Notes: generated from the sequence alone by a model not told the origin. A DNA stretch of 64,000 bases from the human T2T-CHM13v2.0 reference genome, Homo sapiens (GCF_009914755.1 NC_060942.1); one strand, 5' to 3'; positions 26,744 through 38,730 are shown, counted from the first letter of the stretch. Program-made: numbers and translations.

Positions 26744-27989
26744 TATGGCACTGCCTACAATTTCCAGTTTTCAGGTTTTTTTTCCAGTTGAATGACAAAT
26801 TAAATACATTGGCAAAATAATCTGAGTGTAAAAAGTCTCCCTAGATTTTTTTGATATTTCCCCAACAACCTTCCGCAGTTGTTTCACCCACACCTAACTC
26901 AACAGCATTTTTAAAAAATGACTCAAAATGACTCAAAAATGTTTTTGTGAGTCTTTCCAAAGCTTCAACTTAGTTTTCATAGAAATATTTTCTTCTTTTT
27001 TTTTGCAACAGTATTTAATTGGCTTGTATAATATTTAATTAAATTGCATAATTACAATAGCAAGTTCCACTGGCATAAACAGGTTTGGGAACGAAGCCCA
27101 GCTGCCTCCAGGAAAGCATTTGGCTCAGCTGGTGGGAGCAGACATGGTGGACATCTTGGACAGCAGCCTTCCTGTCCCAAGTGTTCCTCTAGCTGTGGGT
27201 ATCAGTCAGGGGGAATGGAGAAAGCTGGTAAATTTGGCAAGACAGTTAATTGCAGTTTAGAGGGCATCCAGTGCCCTCCTTATCCAGACCTAGGAAGGCT
27301 ACTTCTTCAGAGACTAAGGACCTGATGCTGGCGTGCCCACCTTGGTCCAGTCCTCCCCTGGGGCTGCTTCTTCCCTACTCCACCCTTTGGGGAGTGGGCT
27401 ATATCTCTCCAGATGCCTTTCCCCTCCGTGCATCCCCACCCAAGACTTCCTCCCATTGCAGCTGTCTAGGAAGGATTTGGCAAACTAACTTTACAGCTTT
27501 AGTAACAGACAACAGCCAAATGCACCACTCTCCCAGAGGTGACAGGAACTTCTTACAGAGGTGAGTTTCTAATATGTAATTTCAGGCATCTGCAGTAGGT
27601 TGCTTGGGGAAGGATTTGGGGGTCAGAGGGATGTCTAGGAGTCTCTCAATCAAACCACCCTCCTGAGGCTAGGTTTATGTCCAATTGTGTCACCGCTGTG
27701 CACATGTCCCCATAAGAAGATGTGGCCACGGACTTATCTCTCATTCTTCATGTTCTGAAATCCTTTATGTTGTATGGGATCCTCTCCTCTTTTAACTTCC
27801 CTTCTGAAAGTCTTTTTTTTCTAGACCCAGCTCTATGGGTCACATATAGCAAAAGTCAATATTTAACCCAAATGCCATCAAATCAATGAACCACCCAACC
27901 GACCAACCAACCAATCTCAAGTACAGTGTTAGCAGGCACCTGCAACTCATGAAGAGAAGAAGGAAAATGCCCTTCAGAAGAACATATCT

Positions 27990-28435
27990 GTAGTGAATAT
28001 TTGCTACTTTGAACCATCCACCTTTCATTCTGCCTTCCTCTTGGAAAGAGAAAGCTAATTTCCTTCCAGATTACCACCTGGCCCCCACAGCCAATGTGTT
28101 TCAGGGGTGGGTCATGGTTGGCTTAAGTGAATCAGCTCAAATCTGTTCCCTTGCCATGGTGACGAGACCAAATTCTGTCACATAAGATGCAAGGAGATGT
28201 TTGCTAGGGACTTCTGGGGAAGATGCTCCACTATTAGAGATGTGGAAGGTGCATGCAAGGCCTGGAGCTGCTACAGCCATTTTGTTACCATAAGAAGTCC
28301 AGTGAGCAATGCTGAGCTAGTCACAGAAAAATGGAACTAGGGACCAGATCAAACTGCTCCTGAAGATCATCCTGCCTCCAAACTTTTCATTTACCTAAGT
28401 CAATAAATTACTTTTATTGTTTTGAATTGGCTAAC
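27990..28435 (+). mobile_element. Old MLT1 (K/L-like) MaLR LTR
   Basis: GGACTTCTGGGAAAGATGCTCC, GCCTGGAGCTGCTACAGCCATTTTG, CAATAAATT...TTATTGTTT. Confidence 0.6.
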
Positions 28436-28624
28436 TTTTAAAAATCAAACTGATAAATATACATGGTTTTACAAAATCAAAAATAATAAAAGCTCAGCAA
28501 TGAAAAATAGCAGCCCCTGCTCCAGCCCTCTCCACACTGAGCCCCAACTCCCAGAGATAACAGCTCTCAATTTTTAAAAAGCCACTTCTCCTGTTCTTCA
28601 CTGACATATTTTTAAATAAAATGC

Positions 28625-28984
28625 TGTATTGGTCAGCTAGGGCTGCTGTCACAAAAATGTCATAAACTGTGTGACTTTAACATCAGAAATCTGTCATAGT
28701 TCTGGAGGTTGGGAGAGTTCAAGGTCAAGGTGCCGGCCAGTTGAGCTTCTGCTGAGGGCTCTGCTCTTGGTTTCAGACACCATCTTCTCACTGTGCCCTC
28801 ACATGCCAGAGAGAATACACTCTCTGGTGTCTCTTGTTAGATGGACACTCATCCCATGGGATCAGGGCTCCACCTTTATGACCTTGCTTAATCTTAATTC
28901 CTTCCTTACTCCAAATACAGCCATATTGGGAGCTAGGGCTTCAACATAAGAATTATAGAGGGATGCAGTTCAGTTCATAGCACA
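28625..28984 (-). mobile_element. MLT1A-like MaLR LTR
   Basis: TGTATTGGTCAGCTAGGGCTGCTG...GTTCTGGAGGTTGG...AGGGCTTCAACATAAGAATT...CAGTTCATAGCA. Confidence 0.85.
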
Positions 28985-29453
28985 TTTCTAGATTTCCTAC
29001 TTTAGATATTATCTATTAGTGTCTCATAATGAAAATGAGGTTTTATCTCCCTCTAACCACATGTTTCTGTTCCCTGTATCTTCCTGATACCATCATTTTT
29101 AGTGAAATCAATTGTCAGTGTTTGCAGTATTGTGATGAGGTAGATATGATTCATGGATGAGCACAAGATACGATTTCCCTTCTTGCATAACGTTGTACTT
29201 TTTCCTTTCATTGTTAAAAACAATGGCTTTATATGCACTTAACTCTTATTTACACATAAACTGACTTCCAGGTCTGTTAAAATCCCTTCCTAGACAGTTC
29301 AGCAAGTTAGAAATCTGTCCATTCCATTTTCATTTTTTCCTAGAATCACCCCATCTAGAGTTCCCCATCTTCCAACTCCAGTCCTAGACCAAGTGCTCCG
29401 AAGCCTGGTGCACAGCTGTCACCTGGATTCTTGCATTGGACCTCCAGACACAC

Positions 29454-29962
29454 TGCATCAGTTTCGAGTGCTGCTCTAACAAATTTCCACAAACCAAGTG
29501 GCATAAGACAACACAGATTTCTTATCTTAGAGTTCTGGAAGTCGGCAGTTGGGAATGGGTCTCAGCGTGCTAAAACCAAAGTGTCGGCAGGGTTGTATTC
29601 CTTCTGGAGACTCTCAGGAAGAATTGTTTCCTTGACGTGTCCAGCTTCTAGAGGCCACCACATTCCATGGCTCAGAGTTCCCTTCCTTCATCTTCAAAGC
29701 CTGCAACCTCGGGCGAGCCCTTCCCATATTGCCTCCCTCTGACCTCTCTTCCATTTCCCTCTTTCATGTATAAGGACCCTTATGATCCAATCCAGCACAT
29801 TCTGATCACCCAGAGCGATCTCCCCATCTCAGGGCCAGCTGATTCACAGCCTTCATTCCATCTACCATCTTCAATCCCTTCTGCCGTGTAACCTAACACT
29901 TTCACAGGCCCTGGGGATTAGGATGTGGACATCTTTGGGAGACCATTATCTTGTCTACCCTA
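29454..29962 (-). mobile_element. MLT1D-like MaLR LTR
   Basis: TGCTGCTCTAACAAATTTCCACAAAC...CCAGCTTCTAGAGGCC...GGGGATTAGGATGTGGACATCTTTGGG. Confidence 0.85.
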
Positions 29963-31101
29963 CACACCATGCTTGTTTCTGGTTTACTCTGGTTTCAGTG
30001 GCATGAATGCTCCTCTGGCAGCTTCCTGAGAAAGGCTGCATTGGAGGCACATCATCTGAGCCCATGCCTACCTGAAACGACTTTATTCCTCTCATTCTTG
30101 ACTGGCAGGAATAGAAAGCGAAGCTGGAAACCACTGTCTTTTGGAAGGCTGAAGGCACTGTCCCAGTAGCTTCTAGATTCCAGGAACGCTGGTAGAAAGT
30201 CTAATGCTGTTCTGTGTTCCGATTTTTGCAGGCAACGTCCTTTTTTTCTCTCTGAAGGTTCTATAACTCTTCTCTTTATCTCTAGTATTCTGAAATTCCA
30301 CAATGATGTGCCCCGTTGTGGGTCTGTGCCATTCATTCTCGCAGTCTGGAAGCTCTTGTATAACTTCTCTGATACTTTCCTCTCCTCGGGTTTTATTCTC
30401 CATTTCTGGAACTCCTACTGCTGGCCCTCCTAATTTCCTTAATTTTTTCAAATCCTCGTTTCTAAATCATTGTCTTCTTTTCCCACATTCTGAGAAAGTC
30501 CGTCATTTCTCTCCCTCAAATCTTCTACTGAATTTTAAATTTCTGCTATTATATGTTTAATTCCTTATTCCTTGGATGTTTCTTTTTTATAACCTTCCAT
30601 TCTCACTTTATGGATGCATTATCTCCTCTTATCTCTCTGAGGACATCAATTACAGTTTTATTGAAGTTTTCTTCCACTCCTGGGCTTGGCTCTATTCCTT
30701 CGAGCTCTTTTTCTGTTGTTGTATAATTGTTTCCTTTTCCTCCCCCTCCTTCTCCCCCTCCCGCTCCTCCTCATTCTCCTCCTCCTCCTCCTCCCCTCTC
30801 TTTCTCTCTGTCTCCTGTTAGAGGTTTCCTTTCTACAAATACCAGCTGATACTTCACCACCATTTATAGATAAGAGTAAGACACTAAAAAGTCGGTCATT
30901 TCTCTATGGAGGATTAGGGAGGGATCTGGTCATTTTCCAGAGGATATGATCCAAGAAGTTCCAGGCTTGGAGACACTGCTTACGGCTGAGGGAAGGCTTG
31001 AGCGCTATACTCAAAATGAAAGAAGGCATTCAAAACTGCATGCTGAGTGGTGACACTTCTAGCACTTCTCTACTTCGGGTGAGAATTTGAGGAAATGTAT
31101 T

Positions 31102-31128
31102 TGTGTGTGTGTGTGTGTGTGTGTGTGT
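31102..31128. repeat. (TG)n microsatellite
   Basis: Direct read. Confidence 0.95.
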
Positions 31129-32774
31129 AATTTTTTTTTGACTCTTGGGCCAGTCAGTTTACTTGCAAAGGAACCCTTAGCCACCCTGCCTGGAGAATAG
31201 ACCCTGGCTGCCAGTATTCTTGGAGCCCAGCGTACGACACCTATTTCAGAACTTCACGACACTGGGATTTCCCAAGGGACTCTAAAGAGTGAATTAACCG
31301 TGAAGAGTCAGCAAGAAACCCTTCTGGAGTAGGCACGGTGACCCCAAATCATCCACATCTCCCACCTGGTCGTGCCCCTTTCAGGTTCATATGTCAGAAA
31401 ACCCAACCGAGACATATTTAGTGACCCACACTCCATATTTTGCCTTGGTGAAGGGCCTGTGTGGCCGGTGTTTGTAGTACAGGCCAGACCAGGGAAGGAC
31501 GAGGAGGGCAAATCTAACCCCTACCTGGAGACAGACTCAGTCCACAGTGGTATATCACTGATACACCACACCAAACACAAGTAGGACAGGCACGAAATAT
31601 CTCATACCACAAGCATCAGCAGGTGTGAAATCAAGACCCAGAGGCCAGTTGCTAGCCTGTTATTGCAGTTTTCTCATAAATAATATGAAAATCCACCTAG
31701 TCATGAGGATAGAGTTTTCTAGCAGACAGATGCCCGTCAACAGGAAATGGGTCCTTGTATTGAGAGCTACCTCAGATAAACCACAGGCACCCTGCACCTC
31801 CACAGAAGCACGGTGCAGGGCAGGCTGGCCATCAGCCTTCCGCCCTCGTCCCAGCTCAGACTCCACACAACAGCATCTAAACTCAGGCCCTGATGGCCAA
31901 GCAGCCTCTGGCGGAGCAGAAAGTAGATGGGCTCTCTATGGGGAAGCTGACACTTGGCCCAGGTCCCCACCTGCCTCTTGAAAAGCAACAGACACGGTCC
32001 CACTCACTGTGGGGAGAAGCTGAGGTGTGTGGCTCACGCCTGACCCTGGTCAGGATGAAGCAGGCCACCCCAGGCACCACCCCCTTGGAGCCCCAGGCAG
32101 GTGCGGAACATCTAACACCTGCATGTGGGCATCGCACCTGCGCAGGTGAACTCCACTTTCCATACAGGACAACATCCCGACACCCCAGATCTCACTTTAA
32201 GCCCCTAAAGACATGGCTACATAAGTACAAAGTCATTTTTGTAAAGTGAATCATTCCCCTCCATGGCTTCCCCCTCTCCATGACACATACAATCGATCTG
32301 TTCTTCAGATGTTCAGACTGAACACCAGGCATGCTGAGAAGGAGAATCACCTACTTTAGAATTGTTCTTTTAAAAAACATCAACATCAACAACAATTAAA
32401 CCCTCCTCTGACAGACATGCATGAATGCTGGGAAGCAAAGGTATAGCCCAGGATGTAAATCCAGGGGACGGTAGGCCCCAGGAGGGGATTCTTTGTATCT
32501 TTATAAACTTGATCGGGGCTCCTCTGATGTCCATTCCTGTGATGACATCACCCCTGGCTCTGGCCCTGCCTAGCACAGTCCCTGTCCCATGCTCTGACAA
32601 GTTCTTGAGGGAGCCCAGTGACTCATGGCATTCGATTTTCCACACATCTTCTTCCCCCCGTTTCTGGAGTCTGCCCCTCCCTCCACCTACACTCCAGGTG
32701 TCCTGCCTCTCCTCCTGCCTCTTTCCCTCCATCTTTCCAGAGCCACCTCCTTTATCTCCACCCCAGGTGCCTCT

Positions 32775-33000
32775 TGCTTTTAAAAATTTGTTATGAAATA
32801 TTTCAGACATACAAAAAGGCCAGAAAAATACTATAATGAACACCTGTGCACCCACCACCAGGCTGCATAAATAAAAAGCAGCTCTTTCTAATCTGAGGCG
32901 CGCATCCCTCTCTGACACCACAATTCCTAGCAGCCTTTGTTCCAGTCTTCCTCGGGAAAAACCCAGAGAGCTGCATAAATCCAAGGCATAACCAGCTGTC
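32775..33000 (-). mobile_element. L1ME-type 3' end fragment
   Basis: TTGTTATGAAATATTTCAGACATACAAAAA..ATAATGAACACCTGTGCACCCACCACC. Confidence 0.65.
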
Positions 33001-35981
33001 ATCTGGACTCCACTATATTAATTTTTCCACTACCCTTTGTGGCTGCACGAAGCTCCCTTCCACCCACCAGCCTGTCTTCTTCCTTTATGATTTGACCGCT
33101 TCCCAATCCCAGAGGCGAACTGGCTTGCTGAAGGTTCCCACCTAGCTAAAAGCCACACGTGCAGGTCAGCGGAGAGCTGAGTGTTGGAGCAGGGACTTTG
33201 CCTGGGTGATGCTGCTGGGCGGGACCACAGTGCTTCCTGCTCACGCTCAGGCACTAGGCCACTCTGTGCATCAGGAATGGTGCAGGGGCTGGGAGGAGGC
33301 AGGACATGGACATTGCCTTCCATGGCCTTGTAGTCTTTTGGGGACAACAGACACACGCAGAGAGGGAGCCCAAAGCCTCATGGGCAGGGCTGGAGTTCAG
33401 GGTATCTGCCTGTGCAGCACAGCGGGGGCTGCTGAGTCCAAGAGGTCGCGAGGGATTAGAGATGGAACTCAGAATGGGCAAGGATTGAGGGAGGGAGGGA
33501 CATGCTGGAACCTTCCAGGTGAGAGAAAGTGAAGCAGGAGGCACAGTCGCAGGGCGGGACAGAAGGGGGACAAAACCAGGTGGGGGGCGGGGGGTGGCTG
33601 GCAGGATGAAGCCAGCTGGGCAGGGTCCTGGTGGCAGCGGGCTGCGAGGGTGGGTGTGCAAGCTAAACATGCAAAGGAACCCCACCTCTCCCCGCCCAGC
33701 TGTCCTTAGTACCCCACTGTGCTCTGCTCAGATCCTCAGTGGGGATGGGTGTACGGGGGAAGCTCTTTGTGATTGCTTCCTCCCCCACCCCACCCCCGCC
33801 GCACGCAGGCCATGGGAGGACATAGAAGGCCAGTGATGTTGACACTGGCACAGCCTGAACAGAGGTGGAACATGATGCACTGGGTGCCCTCTCCCCTGCA
33901 GCTTTACCCCAGGAGATAAAGAGTGTCCATGTAGCCAGGAGTCCCATGGCAGCTGTAACCCACAACCCTGGGCAGAGGAAGGGCTCAGGAGTTGGGCATG
34001 GCCTTCCCCTGCCTCCACAGAAGTCTCCAGCCTGAAGATCACCTCCTACCTCCCCACCTACGCCCCTGGCCTTGCCCTCTTACCCTGCTTGCCATTCATC
34101 CAGCAGCCTCAAGACCCCCTCTTCTCACCCTCACCCAGCCACGGCCCCTCCAAGGTGTCCACACCTCCCAGCATGGAATGTCAGGCCCTCTGTTGAGCAA
34201 GAGGATGGAGGCCCAGATGCCTAGCTTTGGTGCCTCTGCCATGAGAGTCTTCCCCCTTTTCTGCCCGGGGCCTCACTCAGTCTCCCTCTTTCCACCCTTT
34301 CCCAGCAGAGACCATACTCCAGGAATTCATGCACCAAGGCCTAAGGGCTCACAATAACACACAGCGTGGCTCCAAGCACAGTCCTAAGTCAGCAGAGCCA
34401 CAGCTCCAGGTGGTTGCAGGAGATGTGGGAGGTGGCACCACTGGACTCATGTGGCCAGGGACATGGCTGGCCTGGGCCGAAAGCTGGCAGGCTCCGCTAC
34501 AGGGATCTTTCCTTAACTCACCCTATGTGGAGAAATCTTAAAGCTGCTGAGAAGGACAAAACAGCTTGGGTCCACTGTAGGAATGTTCTGCAGTGCAAAA
34601 GAATGGACTTCCTCTTTTGCTTCTGATCCTAGACCCATATTCCAGAAACATCAACAACAGGGACAGCGGCCCCATGGAGCTGCCTTCAGGTTGCTTCATT
34701 TCTGTGTGACCTTCTCAGGGCTAAATCTTTTGGTGCCACCTTCCCTCAGAAGTGGGACCATGGGCCCCCACTGCCCCACCCCCTGGGTTGGGTGTTCCTG
34801 TGGTTACCCTGAGCTCCACCACAGCACCTGTCCCGCCACTCTTTAAATGATTCCTGAAGCAGGAGCTGTGTCCCCCTCATCTTTACATCCCCAGCACCCA
34901 GCCCAGAGCCTGGCACAAGGGAGTTGCTTGAGAAGTGCAAGGTGCAGGCAGCCCCCCACCCCACCAAATAGTCTTTGCAGTACAGGGTAGAGAGGAGGAG
35001 AGGCTCTGAAGAGGGGGTGTCTCCTCTACTCATAATTTCCCTGGGGATTTTTCAGTGACAGCTGTTAAGCCATCCTTGACCATTCTGCATGAGTCCCTGA
35101 TCCTGAACCAGGTGGCCCACACATCAGCTACAGTGTGAAGCTGCTCTTGCACACCTGGGAGATGGGGGCTCCCCCTCAGGCCCTCACCCCTTCTCTCTGC
35201 AGTGCCTCCCTCCTTTTTGCATTCCTTCCACCTCTGATTTATACCTTGGCCACTCCATCAGGTCACACTGCTTGCGGTGGTGGGAGATGGATAGAATGTG
35301 CCTGGAGAGGGTCCTCACAGAGACAGCAGACGTGCTGGGAGGAGCTGGCCTCCTCCTCTCCACCCAACCAACTCTGCGCATGCCCAGTCTCTCACTCTAG
35401 CCTCCCTTGTGAACCTACCCACCCCATTCCACACGGATCTTTTTACCTAGATACCCACTGCACTTATCATCTCCTCCTCTTTCTTGGCCTTCTGGGCTGC
35501 TTCTAAGGGAGAGGCTCAGAGCCAGGTGGAACTGGAGAGGATGACTAATGCCCTTTTATAATCTCGCTGGGAGACAAGGCCCATGCAGGAAGGGAAGGTA
35601 CAGGTTGGAAAGCCTGATAGCTTTCCTTGCTGATAGAGCCGGAACTTAAACCCAGGCCTCCAGACTCCTGAGACATTCCTTCCCTTCATGTAGCTTAAGC
35701 TTTGCCTCCTTATCTACAGCAACATTCCTAAAGACAAGACCATGCCTCTTGAGGACCAAGCAAAAGAGTCACCCAGACTAGGACCTTGGCAAATATTTGA
35801 CAAATGGTTGTGTTATGTGTTCCATGGCCTAAGGTTACCTCCACAGACCCACTCCTCAGTACCAATTCCACCCTCTCTCCCAACACATCCCAGCTATACC
35901 CCTGCAGCCTATGCCAGAGGCTCCCATGGAAACTCAGCCAGGAGCTCTCAAAGGAGAGAGAAAGTGTGTACATTTAGCCTG

Positions 35982-36197
35982 CTTTGGGCTTACTGGCAAT
36001 TCTCATTTGGCTGCTGACTTCTCTTGGCCACTAAGCAAAGAGGTAAGTACTCATTTTAATGGTGGCAAGGTACAGTGAGAATAAAAAAGCAGCCCAGCTT
36101 GGGGGTGGAGTGGGGAGCAATCTTGAGGGGGGTTATATCTGCCTAGGGACCAATGACCAGGGATCCTCAGGGCCCTGGGGACACTCTTCTTTCCCCT
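35982..36197 (+). repeat. Left arm (donor) of a ~216-bp inverted duplication
   Basis: Manual alignment to the reverse complement of 36893-37113 gives ~19 substitutions and 2 indels (~90% identity). Confidence 0.95.
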
Positions 36198-36511
36198 CTC
36201 TTCACTGTAGGAAGATTTTCAGGGTAGCCAGGAAGTATTTACTGAGGTCTAGCACTCTGCAGAAGGGGTTAGAGGACATCTAACCCCTTAGTTTACAGTT
36301 TGGTTCAGGCAAGACTAGAACAAATAAATGAATCTAGCAAGGCTGCTAGACAAAAGGTCAATAATCAAAAATCAATTATATTTTCTATAGACTAGTGACA
36401 ATATGTAGAGGACAAAATTTTTAAATACAACTTACAATAGCATTAACAAATTAAATACCTAAGAAATAAAACCAGTGAAATATGGGCACAACCTCTACAC
36501 TGAGAAGTACA

Positions 36512-36730
36512 ATGCCGAGACAAATAAGACTTAAAGAAATGGAGGTACTATGTTCATGAGTTGAAATAATCAATAGTGTTAAGATGTCTATTTTCTGCAG
36601 GAAGGAAATAGACAGTATTAATAACGAAGTCAATTTCCTGTAGGAAGGAAATAGACATCTTAACACTATTGATTCTTTCAATTAATGAACATAGTACTTC
36701 CATTTCTTTAAGTCTTATATGTTTAGTCAT
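36512..36730. repeat. ~84-bp inverted repeat (foldback) with ~50-bp spacer
   Basis: 36512-36595 ..ATAAGACTTAAAGAAATGGAGGTACTATGTTCAT..AATCAATAGTGTTAAGATGTCTATTT pairs with 36647-36730 AAATAGACATCTTAACACTATTGATT..ATGAACATAGTACTTCCATTTCTTTAAGTCTTAT.. Confidence 0.95.
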
Positions 36731-36892
36731 CTATGGTGAGTAAACATAAAAGATCATGCAAATGCGAAATAAAGAGACCATATTCTGCAACAACCAGAAT
36801 GGCTGAAATAAAACATCAAGTATTGGCGAGGATGTATAACAACTGGGACTCTCTGAAATGACTACTAGGTCAATACAATTACTTAGCAAGGC

Positions 36893-37113
36893 AGGGGAAA
36901 GAAGAATGTCCCCAGGGCCCTAGGGATCCCTGGCCATTAGTCCCTAGGCAGGTATAACCTCTCTCAAGGTTGTTCCCCACACTACCCCCAAGCTGGGCTG
37001 CTTTTTTATTGCTCACTGTCCCTTGCCACAATTAAAATGAGTGCTTACCTATTTACTTAGTGGCCAAGAGAAGTCAGGCAGCAGCCAAATGAGAATTGCC
37101 AGTGGGCCCAAAG
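36893..37113 (-). repeat. Right arm of the inverted duplication (copy of 35982-36197) inserted in L1
   Basis: Reverse-complement match at ~90% identity; L1 sequence resumes at ~37117. Confidence 0.95.
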
Positions 37114-37510
37114 GAGACTCTAGATTCAATGCAGGTCCAGTCAAAATCCCAGCAGTTTTGTTCCCTTGTGTTTGTGTATACATGTGTGGAAACTGAGAAG
37201 TGATTCCAAAAGTATATGGAAATGCAAATGACCTATAATACCCAGGTCAATAATGAAGAAGAACAAAGAGAATTTACACTATGTGATATCAAAACTTCTA
37301 CTGTAAAGCTACAGTAGTAAGCAGAGTGGTATGGTGTATAGGTTCAAGTATACACAAAGAAGCCAATGGAACAGAATAGAATCCAGAGATAGACATATTC
37401 ACATATGGTCACTATGACAAAGGGTCCACTGCATTTCAGCTGGGAAAGAATGGTGCTTACAATACATGGTGCTGAGTCAACTGGATAGCTATATTAAAAT
37501 AAATGTTTCG

Positions 37511-37788
<278 letters not shown>

Positions 37789-38635
37789 GTTGACCACTGC
37801 TTTCCACTGAAGTAATTTCGAAGGGATCATAGACCTAAACATGAAAGCTAAGACAACAAAGCTGCTGAACGACACCCCTGGAGAATATATGTTCGTGATC
37901 TCAGGTAGGCAAAGAAGTTCGTTAAACAGGACAGAAAAAGCACTGACCAGAAAGGAAAAGATTGATAAATGGAAATTTGTCAAAATTTAAAACTTCTCTT
38001 CTTCAAAAACACCATTAAAAGAGTAAAAACGCAAGCTGTAGAATGAGAGAAGATATGTGACAGAGAAATCACATCCAAAACATACAAAGAAAGACAACAA
38101 ATAAGAAAAAAATAGACTTACCAATTAAAAAATAGGAAAATATTTGAATAGGCACTTCTCAAAAGAGGATATCGAAATGGTGAATAAACATATAAGATCA
38201 TGCAAACACAATATAAAAAGACCACAGGGACGTAGCACTGAAGCAACCAGAATGGCTGAAGTGAGATGTCAAGCGCTGGTGAGGATGTGTAACAACTGGG
38301 CTCTCTTCAATGACAGTCAAGAGTGTAAATCAATACAATTACTTCAAAAGAGTGTTAAGCAATATCTCTTAGAGCTAAACATGCATATACCATACAATCC
38401 AGCAAGTTCACTGTTAGGTATGTGCCCAGAAAAGATATTTATGTACAACACAAAAACCTCAATGAGAATATTCACAGCAGCATTTAAAAAGATAGTCTCA
38501 ACCTAGAAATAATCAAAATATCCATCAACAATAAAATGGGTAAAAAAAGTGTGGCATAGTTACTGCATGAATACTATATAGCTACAAAAAAGAATAAACT
38601 TCTGAATAGTCTACAACATGAATAAATCTCACAGA

Positions 38636-38677
38636 TTATCTATCAATCATCTATCATCTATCTATCCACTGCCTATC

Positions 38678-38724
<47 letters not shown>

Positions 38725-38730
38725 CATCTA
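38636..38730. repeat. (TCTA/GATA)n tetranucleotide STR, ~11 perfect units
   Basis: Direct read. Confidence 0.95.

Larger units (their letters stand above)
28440..30900 (-). mobile_element. HAL1 / old L1 ORF1-bearing element, fragmented by two MLT1 LTRs
   Basis: Minus-strand translation of 30173-30451 (GVPEMEN..GEESIREVIQE..RPTTGHIIVEFQNTRDKEK..FREKK) is recognisably L1 ORF1p-like; flanking T-rich sequence is consistent; boundaries approximate. Confidence 0.7.
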
